IMG/VR virus record: IMGVR_UViG_3300048838_000933
Span: 1 to 61,469 of that record
Source: a virus
Lineage: Duplodnaviria > Caudoviricetes
DNA: 61,469 bases
Direction: 5' to 3' (one strand)
Shown here: in pieces, positions 52,860 through 61,469 of the stretch
How positions within the stretch are numbered: the first letter of the stretch is position 1
How the letters are laid out: every line of letters begins with the position of its first letter
The notes under the pieces: model-generated
What the model saw: the letters and a program-made list of their open reading frames with translations, nothing else
Told to the model about the DNA's origin: nothing
Database searches by the model: none
Position numbers and translations under genes: made by a program

Positions 52860-53548
52860 TCAGTTCCTTCCGTGACTGGAGTCACAGGGTGGGATTTGGA
52901 TCGGATGCGCTCGGCGAGCTGGCGGCCGATGAACTCGGTGTAGGCCGGCGGGATCGACTGCGCCAGTTCAGCAACCGTCATCCAGTCGATCTGCATGGCC
53001 CTTTCGCGAATGGCCTGCTCGCCGGGATAGTTGAGGTGACCGTGGACTCCGACGACCGTCGCCAGCTTGCCCTTTCGGAAGTTCTTAATCGACAGGGAGC
53101 GGAAGCGCGGCGTCTGCCACGAGTGGTCGCAGGGGGGTGCGACCAGATTCCAGTTGGTCTCGAACAGGCGGTGTCGCCGGACATCCAGCCCGAACGACGA
53201 GCCGCACAGGCGAGCCGGATCGCGCATCTCTTTTCCAGCCCCCTCCACGTTCTCAATCACGTACGGCAGACCCGAAGCAACCAGTGCTTCACGCGTCTGC
53301 GGGATGAGGTTGACGTGCTTGCTCTTGTCGGCGGTCTGCGTTGAGAGCGCCTGGCATGGCGGCGAGGCGTGGATGGCGTCGAACTCGTTGAGATCAGCGC
53401 ACGCGAGATAGTCGAACACGTCCATCTGCACGAACGCGAACGGGTAGTTCTTCTGCGGGTGCAGGTCCACCCCGATCACGCTGAACCCGGCGCGGTGGTA
53501 GCCCATGGCGGCCCCACCGGCCCCACAGAACAGGTCGAGGATCATCAT
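52856..53548 (-). CDS. C5-cytosine DNA methyltransferase
   Basis: LDLFCGAGG, HASPPCQ, ENV, RxR motifs. Confidence 0.9.
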   Translation of the reverse strand: MMILDLFCGAGGAAMGYHRAGFSVIGVDLHPQKNYPFAFVQMDVFDYLACADLNEFDAIHASPPCQALSTQTADKSKHVNLIPQTREALVASGLPYVIENVEGAGKEMRDPARLCGSSFGLDVRRHRLFETNWNLVAPPCDHSWQTPRFRSLSIKNFRKGKLATVVGVHGHLNYPGEQAIRERAMQIDWMTVAELAQSIPPAYTEFIGRQLAERIRSKSHPVTPVTEGTE

Positions 53549-56500
53549 TCGCGCAGCTCCTTCCACAGCGGTGCGATCTGCTCGGGCCGCCCCGAGATCG
53601 TGCAGGCGATCGAGTTGAGCCCGCCCACGTTCACAGTGTGGCGTCGGGCCCGCTTCCACAGCGTGCATCGGGCACCCTTCGGGACGCGGATCACGTTCTC
53701 GTGGTCGCCGTGGTCAACCCACAGTGTTCGGCCGCGCAGCTCGTAGCGGGCGACGTCGGTCAAGTCGACTTGGTAGCTCACCAGGCCGGATGCTCCTCAA
53801 CATCGTCGCCGGGCTCGACCTCGAGCACGTCGTAGATCGACCGGGCCAGCAGCAACGCCTGGTCCTCGTACATCTGGAACGAGATGTTCTCCCACTCGAA
53901 GTGGACGACGACCGAGTTGGTGCCGTCGGTGTCCGGGACGATGTAGGTCGCCGGGACGGGCAGTTTCTTCATGATGGTTCCTCCTTGGTTCTTGGGATAC
54001 TGCGGGCCGGGCACGAGACGCGATGGTTCTCGGCGATCTGTTCCAGCGTGAACGTCCGGCTGTGGGCCGGCAGCTTGATGCGACCGTGGCAGCTCGGACA
54101 GATGATGTCGCGCTCAGCCATGGAGCCTGCGGTTCGCTACCTGGATGGCTTCGGTCAGCAGGTTGAAGTTGGCTGACTCGATCGGGTCGTCGGAATCCAT
54201 GCTGGCTCGCTGCCAGCCCGGGTTCCAGACGTCGCCTGCGTCCTCGTGGTACACCTCACCCCACTCCATCTCGGAGAACGGTGAGTCGTCACCGTTGATG
54301 TAGGTGGCCTCGAACTTCCAGGTGGACGACTCCTCGTCGAAATGGGCCACGACACCGAAGTGATACTCCTTGCCCTTCGCTCGGATGATGCCATCGCACG
54401 GCTCCTGGCATGGGCCGCCTTCTTCGATGCCGTCGTCGCGGTTGCCGGAACGTCCGCACGTCTTGCAGTACAGAGTCATCCGCAATCTCCTCTCCCGGGT
54501 CGGTAGTTGGTCGGCATTGGCGCCGGGCACCATTCGGCGACGCGTCCGCGTGCTGCGGCGAAGTCGTCGCGGATCAGCTCGACCATGCGGGCAGAGATCG
54601 CCCACAGCTCACCGAGTTGACGGTCGACGTTCGGGTCGGCGGTCATCAGTTGTCCAGACCCATTGCTATCTCGTACGCGGTGGCGTTGCCCCACTCGGAT
54701 TCGTAGACCGGCCCCTCGGTTCGGTTGTCGACGAGCGTCGGCCCGTTGATCGTGTCGACGACGGTGATGTCGCCGCGCTCGACCTCGCCGTCCTCGATCT
54801 CGGCTTCGATCCACGCCTCCATGAGACCAGTGGCGTCGCCCGGCTCGCCGCAAACGATGAACAGGTCGGCCAGCGACTCCATCTCGGTCTGCGTCATGTG
54901 GCACGCGTTGTCGGATGCGGCGTAGCCGGCCCACGCGTTCACGAACTGCTGGGCGGCGTTGACGATCTTGTCGGTGTTCACAGCTCCTCCGCTTCTAGGG
55001 CGGCGTTGATCAACTGTTGCGGCGTGACACCGAACAGGGTGAACTCGACCTGGTTGTCGAGGTTGCGGTCGTGGGCGATGATCGACGTCCAGCCATCGGA
55101 CGTCTGGACCGTGACGGTCTCGGTACCGAACACGGTGGTCTCGGTGTTCATGGCTCCTCCTTCAGTTGTCGAGACCCATGACGATCTCGTAGTTGGTCCA
55201 TTGCTCTCGTTGGGCGAGCACCCATTCCGTGTAGCCGAGTCGGGTGTCGTCGTTGGCGACCTCTTCGCGCCAGTCCGATGACGGGAACTCCTCGTCGTCG
55301 ATCCAGTGGTTGACCCACTCAGCCATCGAAAGACTCCTCCCAGATGCGAGGCACACCGTTGGTGCCGAGAGCGTCGGCGACGTGTTCGATCGTCTCGGAC
55401 GTCCACTGCTCGCCGTCGTTGATGAGGATGTCGATGATCTCGGCGACAATCGTGTCGCAGTTGATGTCGTCCAGGTCGACGTCGTCGGATGATGGTGTGT
55501 CGGCGACAAGGAAGAACTCCCCGTCGAGCCAGGTCCAGTAGCCGCCCTCGGTGTGCTCGTTGAGTAGGTCCTCGAGCCGCTCGCCGGCCCAGACGTGGCG
55601 ATCCCATGCGTTCTCCGGCGAGACGTCGGATGCCTGCTCCCCGTCAGCGACGCGCCGCCAGTAGCGGGGGTCGTCGTTGTAGTCGAACGGGATGTCGAAC
55701 TCTTCGCAGATCTCGGCGAGCCGGTCGATGCCGTACTGGCCGCGATGGCCCTCGGCGTAGCAGCCCGGGTTCGCGTCTTGTCCGTTGACCTTCACTGGTT
55801 CCTCCTTGCGTTGACGACAGCCTGTTCGGCGTCGAGCTTGAGTTCGGTGAGCAGGAATCGCGCGTCGGCGATCGCTTGCTCCTCGTCGCGCAGCGCGTTG
55901 AGCGTGGCGACGGTCCGGTCCATCTCGGCGGAGACCGAGATGAGCGCCGCTTCGGTGTGTTCGATGTCTTTGGCGACCTCGGCCGCCCGGGTGTCGAGGA
56001 TGTAGCGGACTGAGTGGTGCAGCGTCATGGTTCCTCCTGGAACATCTCGAAGTGGACGATGGCGTTCTCCAGCGCGGGCTCGTCGGCGTCGACGTACAAG
56101 AACACCGTGGGCACGCCGTCGTCGGAGCCGCCCGAGGGGTTGAGCATGATGTACTCGACCCGCCCGTCCGGGTGCGTCGCCCGGAGTCCGACCGCACCGC
56201 CGTCGTGCAGGCACGCGTCGTAGACCACGCCCGAGTCCTCGTCGACGGTCTCGTGTGGGGTGACGGTGAAGTAGGTCATAGCACTCCTTCGAGATTGTGG
56301 ATGTGGTCGTGGACGTTGACGATCAGGTGCCAGCCGACCGTGTAGGCGAAGCCGTCCTTCTCCCACTCGACCTGCTGGCGGAACTCGGCCCACGCCCGGA
56401 CGCGGTCGATGTCGGGGATGTCGTAGCCGTCGCAGTCCCAGTCGGTGCAGATGCCGTGTGCCTCGACGTGCTCGCAGGTGACGTCGGTCCACTCGTCAGG

Positions 56501-56863
56501 CGTCCCGATCCCATGGACGACCAGGTGCCCGCCCGAGCGGCCTTCGCCGTACACCTGGACGTAGTCGCCGAAGTGCTCGCGAGCGAACGCAATGACGTCA
56601 TCCCACCAGGTCTCGCGAGCGATCTCCTCGGCGGCGTTGAGCTGGTCGTACTCCTGGTCGTCGTCGAGGGCTTCGATCCACGCCTTGACGGTGTCGACGT
56701 TGTCGAACTCGTGGCGCAGCTCGTCCCAGGGGATGTCACGCGGGAACCACTTGCGGTTCTTCACGTCGATCGACGGGTAGCGCCGGCCACGGTTGTAGTA
56801 GGTCTCGTCGTCGAACTCCTGGCGGAGTGCCTCGGCGGCGATGAGTGCGAGTGGATGGGTCAT
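53545..56863 (-). other. Run of small coupled early hypothetical genes (e.g. 53545-53781, 53778-53972, 54114-54479, 54646-54981, 55162-55326, 55319-55795, 55792-56028, 56025-56279, 56276-56863)
   Basis: GGAG-type RBSs, ATGA/GTGA overlaps, acidic products. Confidence 0.65.
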
Positions 56864-57066
56864 GATGTGAAGTCCTGGAATCCTTCCTGCTCGAGCCAGG
56901 CTCGGGCCTCGTTGTAGGTGGTGAACTCGACGGACTTGACCAGCCCGACAGCGGTGAGGTACCACTCGACGCGGTAGCGATCGCCGTCGCGGAAGGTGTT
57001 TGCTTCGGCTTCGGATTCCTCCTCGCCGTCGGGGATGCGCAGCCACACGTCGAGCGGTTCGGTCAT
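56860..57066 (-). CDS. Small acidic protein, paralog A
   Basis: DVWLR...EAEANTFRDGD...VEWYL...EGFQDFT. Confidence 0.7.
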   Translation of the reverse strand: MTEPLDVWLRIPDGEEESEAEANTFRDGDRYRVEWYLTAVGLVKSVEFTTYNEARAWLEQEGFQDFTS

Positions 57067-57935
57067 GCGTAGACCTCCATGTTGCAGAAGTGGATGGGGC
57101 ACACCGGCCCCACCTGCTCGAAGTCGTCGTCGAAGACGTGGTCGGTGTCGTAGCGAATGTCGATGATCGGCGCCTGCTTGTCGGTGACGAACGAGCCGTC
57201 CGGGTCGCACCACTCGCCCTGGTGGTACCAGGTGCCGGAGCATTCACGGACGTAGGGCTTCTCGTCGAACAGCGTCGAGTTCGGATCGGCGGCCCACGTC
57301 TCGCATTGCGGGCAGTGGGCGGAGAACGAGTCGTAGTCGAACATCTCCCACGCGTCGCAGCGGTAGATCTTGAAGTCGGAGTACCCGCCTCGGGCGTCAG
57401 CGCCGTTGTGGGTCGACATGGCGACGTAGGAATCTTCGCCGAGAGGATGCTCGTCGGTGGTGGCGAACAGCCTGAACTGCAGGTCCTGGCTCAGCAGGTT
57501 CTCGCAGTTGTAGGTGTTGGTCCACCCACCGAACTCCGGGTGCTCCTCGGCCCACTCGCGGGCCACCATGCGATCGACCCAGTCGTCGATGGTGTCGGGT
57601 CCGTTGGTGAACGGCCCGTCGGCGTATGGCGAGCCACGCTCGGGATGGCGGGCTTCGATCCAGCCGAGATTGATCCACCGGTCGAGCCGGCTCTGCATCT
57701 CGGGCACGAAGTCGAGGCGTTCGGTCATCCAGTGGAACGTGGAGATCGTGACGCCGTAGCCGTCCCACCATGCGGCGGGTTGGGCCTTGAACATCTCGAG
57801 CACGGTCATCCCGTGTGCGGCGGCGCGGTCCTGGTTGCGTTGCCAGGCCCGTCCCCGAGCGCCACCGGAGTCACACATGTGCGTGCCAGTGTTCTCGGCG
57901 AGCTGGTTGGCGATCATCGTGTCGGTGTCGGTCAT
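57063..57935 (-). CDS. Hypothetical phage early protein (290 aa)
   Basis: GAAAGGAG RBS; ENTGTHMCDSGG...WQRNQ, HNGADARGGY. Confidence 0.75.
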   Translation of the reverse strand: MTDTDTMIANQLAENTGTHMCDSGGARGRAWQRNQDRAAAHGMTVLEMFKAQPAAWWDGYGVTISTFHWMTERLDFVPEMQSRLDRWINLGWIEARHPERGSPYADGPFTNGPDTIDDWVDRMVAREWAEEHPEFGGWTNTYNCENLLSQDLQFRLFATTDEHPLGEDSYVAMSTHNGADARGGYSDFKIYRCDAWEMFDYDSFSAHCPQCETWAADPNSTLFDEKPYVRECSGTWYHQGEWCDPDGSFVTDKQAPIIDIRYDTDHVFDDDFEQVGPVCPIHFCNMEVYA

Positions 57936-57945
57936 GGCGCTCCTT

Positions 57946-58161
57946 TCAGCAGGTGAAGTCTTGGAACCCTTCGGCGGTCAGCCAGTCGCGGGCCGCTTCG
58001 TAGGTGGCGAACTGGACTTCGGTGACGAGCCCGACCGAGTTCAGGTACCACTCGACGCGGAATCCGTCGCCGTCGCGGTAGGTGTTGGCCTCGGCCTCGG
58101 CTTCTTCTTCGTCGCCGATGTGGCGGAGCCAGACGTCGATTGCGAGTTGTTCGCCGGTCAT
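57946..58161 (-). CDS. Small acidic protein, paralog B
   Basis: DVWLR...EAEANTYRDGD...VEWYL...EGFQDFT. Confidence 0.7.
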   Translation of the reverse strand: MTGEQLAIDVWLRHIGDEEEAEAEANTYRDGDGFRVEWYLNSVGLVTEVQFATYEAARDWLTAEGFQDFTC

Positions 58162-59659
58162 CGGAGCCTCCAGTCCGCGCGCCGGGCTTCGGCGCGAGAG
58201 TTGACGAACGTGATGGGAACGCTGTTGAGGTCGTTGGTTCCGCCGTAGTCGTCGACCAGGCGGTAGAACGTCCCGTCGTTCATCGCGATGTAGTAGTTCG
58301 GATTGCCGTAGACGTTGAGCCACTTGTAGATGTCGCGGATGTCCGCAATGACGATCTCGTGCTTCTCGGGCCGCCCGGCGGTCGAGTGAGTGTTCTTGTA
58401 CGCGTAGCGTTCGACGGTGGTTGGTGTCATGATCTCCCCCTTTCAGTAGGGCGACAGCGGCCCGTGGGGCGTGTCGTCGATGAAGAATTCCTCGGGGCGC
58501 CCGTTGACGGTCACGCCGTCCATCCAGGTGAGCCCGATGGCGTTGTCGTTGGAGACGCAGACGATGACGTACTCGTCGTTGATCGGCCAGTGGCGCACTT
58601 CGTAGCCGCGGTTCGACCAGCAGACGCGCTTGCCTGCTCGGACGGCATCCTTGATCTCGTCGAGGGTCATCGTTCGCTCCCGTCGGCGTTGAGGTTCCAG
58701 CGTTCCTGCAGCTCGGGGCTGTAGGCGCCGGCGATCGAAGCACATCCCCAGCATTCGTTGCGGTTGGGGTCGGAGGCGAGCCCGTCCCACATGGCCTGCC
58801 CGCACAGCGGGATCGCGCCATGGACGGTGTCGATGGTCATGAGGTGGATCACGAGTGGATGTCTCCTTCGGGCGAGCACCCGACGTAGATGGTTCCGACC
58901 CAGCCGGCGACCCACCCGTCGGGGAGGTCGAATTGGGGCGAGAAGTTGCGGACGTCGAAGTCGACGCCGTAGCGCTCGCACAGGTTGGAGAGCCGGGCCC
59001 GTTGGGCGTCGGTGAGCGTGGTGGTGGTCATGCGAACTCCTGGAGCTGGGACACGTAGTCGGTCCACATGTCGGGGATCGAGTGCAGGGAGCGGCGTTGT
59101 TCGTTCTCGTATTCGTCGGCCAGGCGGGCGCAGAAGTACGAGAAGTCGGTGGAGAAGTCGGGCGCCCAGTCGGAGCGATTGTTCGCCCACCAGATGCCCG
59201 TGGCGAACCAGTAGGCGGATGCGCGGTAGCGCTCGCCCCGGCCCGTGAGAGGCGTATACATCGGGTCTCCGTTCGTGTGTCAGGGGATCAGGCGGACGGT
59301 TTCGGCGATGCCGATTCGGCACCATTGGAGGTTGTCGCGCCCGGCCCGCTCGAGGTTCCAGGTGATGTCGGCGAGCACCCAGACGAATCCGGGTTCGTTG
59401 TCCGGGTCGACCTGGCAGACGACCCCGGTGAGGCCGGTCCAGGTGAATCGGTCGCCGGCGGACAGTTCGCCGGGGTGGAGGCGTTCGAGGGTCGCTGTGG
59501 TCATCGGTGCGCCTTTCGGTGGTGTCGGACGGGGGCGGGTCGACGGTTCATGAGCCACAGGCCCAAGAGCACGGCGGCGACGCCGACGAGCCCGAAGAAC
59601 AACCAGACGAGCCCGAAGGCGAGAACCCATCGGAAAGCGGTCACGGCATCTCCTTCCAT
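58158..59659 (-). other. Run of small early hypothetical genes (58158-58430, 58443-58670, 58849-59031, 59028-59261, 59280-59504, 59501-59659)
   Basis: RBSs and coupled starts/stops. Confidence 0.6.
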
Positions 59660-60152
59660 GGGGCATTGACGGATCGCCAGTGCCGGTAGGTGCGGATGGG
59701 ATGGAGGACCGGGAAGGCCCACCAGAGGAGCCGGCGGATCACCGGGTCTCCTGGGGGCGGGGGCGGAACGTTTCGCACCAGACGCCGTCGTGGTGTTCGG
59801 TGCGTTGGATCACCCCGGTCGGGGTGGGGATGCAGCATTGCTGGCGATCCCGGGTGATGGCGGCGGGGGCCCCGCAGTCGGGGCAGTCCCAGAGGGTCAC
59901 CGTATACACGGGGCCTCCTTTCGGTCGATGGTCGCCCCCGGGGGCCCTGGTTCATTTCTGGCACCAGGCGGGGGCCGTGTCGCAAGGCTCGACACGCAGC
60001 GTCCAAGGACGGCGGGCTACCGCCGGCCCCGGGAGGGAACTTCTCCCAAGGAGAGGAGAGGGACCCTGTAGGGGGGGGTGAGGGTTTTCCCTGAGAATGA
60101 CCCTGGGGGGGTGGGGTGGGGGTCAGACTGTTTCTGAGGCCATTTTTGGGCC

Positions 60153-60166
60153 CGAACAGGTGTTCG
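60153..60166. promoter_or_regulatory. LexA/SOS box
   Basis: CGAAC-aggt-GTTCG. Confidence 0.8.
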
Positions 60167-60200
60167 AGAGGTCGGCCGGCGATCGAACACACGCACGGAC

Positions 60201-60214
60201 CGAACAGGTGTTCG
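60201..60214. promoter_or_regulatory. LexA/SOS box
   Basis: CGAAC-aggt-GTTCG. Confidence 0.8.
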
Positions 60215-60228
60215 ACCGGCACCTAGGT

Positions 60229-60340
60229 GAACGAACGATCACCGAACGAACGAACGTACGACGCCATGCATCGCATCGCATCGCCATGCACATTGTCGTG
60301 CACGATGCATCGCATCGCACTGCACTGCGCACTGCATCGC
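60229..60340. repeat. Short tandem repeats (GAAC)n, (GCATC)n, (GCACT)n
   Basis: Directly visible low-complexity intergenic tract. Confidence 0.7.
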
Positions 60341-60399
60341 TTCATACTCACTAGTTGCCAGGGACAGCAGATTAGGCGTCGTTCCGGTAGCGGTATCGC

Positions 60400-60428
60400 G
60401 TGACTCACGAATGTTCGTTTGCTAGCAT
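60400..60428 (+). promoter_or_regulatory. Putative promoter of the junction gene
   Basis: GTGACT-17bp-TAGCAT with TG extension; half SOS box GTTCG in spacer. Confidence 0.5.
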
Positions 60429-60471
60429 GACGTTCGGCGCACTCCGCGCCCACTCACAGAATGGAGATGTC

Positions 60472-61469
60472 ATGACACTCACCTATGAACTACCGGAACC
60501 GCGAGGCGCTGAACGCGAGCGCGAGATCGCTCAAGCGCTGGCCGATGGAACGGACCCGCGACATCATGCCGATGTCGTTCGCGATGCGAACGTGCACGCG
60601 CTGCTCGATCCGACTCGGCGCGGCGACGCTGACACCTACACAACGGCCGCGCCGAGTCCGTTCGTTGCCACGACATCGGCGCGCAAGGTCAAGCGCGGCA
60701 AGAAAGGAACGTCCACAACGATCACGACCCGCGGGCAAGTGTGGACGGTAGGCGACTCTCAAGCGCTTGACGATCAGCTCACGCGCAACGGACGCGTGCC
60801 ACGCGTCGTGATCTCTCACGCCATCGATGAATTGCGCAACGGCTCACGTTTCGGTCACGTCGATGGCGACAAGCTGGCCGCGCTCACGACGCGGCTCTAC
60901 GACATCCCCGAGCTGATCGGCACCGATCATTGGTCGTGGTCGCAGTCGACGCCGGAGATCCCCTCAAGCGGTGCTGCGGTGTTGGCCGCGCAGACTTGCG
61001 GTCTGTCCGGTGGAGCGGTCCCCATGCTCGATCTTGCGCTCGCACCGGAGTACAAGTGCGCTGACGACGACCCGCGATGGTTCCCGACGTCGTGGCCGCG
61101 CAAGCCTCACATGAGGCGACAGACCACGCGGTTGCGTCTACCGGCCATTAGGGCCCGCAAGGCTGATCCGGCGCCATATGAGCACGTTCTGCGCGGTGTG
61201 TGGACATGGGAACACGTACGCGAATGCGTCGCACCGTCGGCCGATCCGTCGCACATGTTCCTAGGTCATCGACTAGTCAAGCGCGGCGACACTGCAGCGC
61301 GGCCACGCGGTGCGACAGTCACCTATCGCGACTCATTCGTTATCGATCCGTCGGCAGACCTCGCGGAGTCTCTCGCGTCGATCGCTTCAATCGTTCGCGA
61401 CGACGGACCAGGCAAATACCGTTGGCGCGTCGACGGTACAGACGCCGCGGGCACGATGACAGTTGACAA
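60472..61469 (+). CDS. Junction-spanning hypothetical protein (362 aa, continues at 186-276)
   Basis: GGAG RBS + ATG 60472; no stop to window end; in frame through the overlap. Confidence 0.8.
   Translation, partial: MTLTYELPEPRGAEREREIAQALADGTDPRHHADVVRDANVHALLDPTRRGDADTYTTAAPSPFVATTSARKVKRGKKGTSTTITTRGQVWTVGDSQALDDQLTRNGRVPRVVISHAIDELRNGSRFGHVDGDKLAALTTRLYDIPELIGTDHWSWSQSTPEIPSSGAAVLAAQTCGLSGGAVPMLDLALAPEYKCADDDPRWFPTSWPRKPHMRRQTTRLRLPAIRARKADPAPYEHVLRGVWTWEHVRECVAPSADPSHMFLGHRLVKRGDTAARPRGATVTYRDSFVIDPSADLAESLASIASIVRDDGPGKYRWRVDGTDAAGTMTVD
61285..61469. repeat. Terminal direct overlap, right copy
   Basis: Matches 1-185. Confidence 0.95.

Noticed and set aside
60229-60340. CRISPR array or ncRNA
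   Set aside because: Only 4-5 nt microsatellite units, no spacers or recognisable RNA fold
1-61469. tRNA, integrase/attP, protelomerase, ParA/ParB, DNA polymerase
   Set aside because: No diagnostic motifs recognised by eye; absence needs confirmation by tRNAscan and HMM searches

Overview
The window is an essentially complete, circularly permuted ~61.3-kb genome of a high-GC long-tailed phage of an actinobacterial host. Host evidence: WhiB-like gene, CGAAC-N4-GTTCG SOS boxes, pervasive leaderless promoters, an LPxTG protein, no LysB. The ends overlap by 185 nt (127 exact), and a 362-aa ORF missing from the ORF track crosses the junction. Plus strand: control region (0.3-0.74 kb), RusA, SLOG, LysM, holin, intein-split amidase endolysin, DHH phosphoesterase, RecB-like nuclease, iteron-bearing replication initiator with two G39P-like loaders, portal/protease/capsid, a glycosyltransferase cassette inside the head operon, tail genes with a -1 frameshift, a 2079-aa tape measure, fibre/CBM genes, WhiB, and a terminase with a class-3 intein. 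Minus strand (46.3-59.7 kb): early/accessory genes including a peptidase-less LexA DNA-binding protein, two DNA methyltransferases, SSB, HIRAN and an HTH. I recognised no integrase, ParA/ParB, DNA polymerase, tRNA or CRISPR array. Most notable: (i) a control hub with a perfect chromosomal parS, four host-type LexA boxes and a genome-wide GTCAT-N3-ATGAC palindrome, suggesting non-integrating carriage run by host ParB/LexA; (ii) a LAGLIDADG intein in the endolysin active site. All family assignments are from motif recognition by eye, not database searches.
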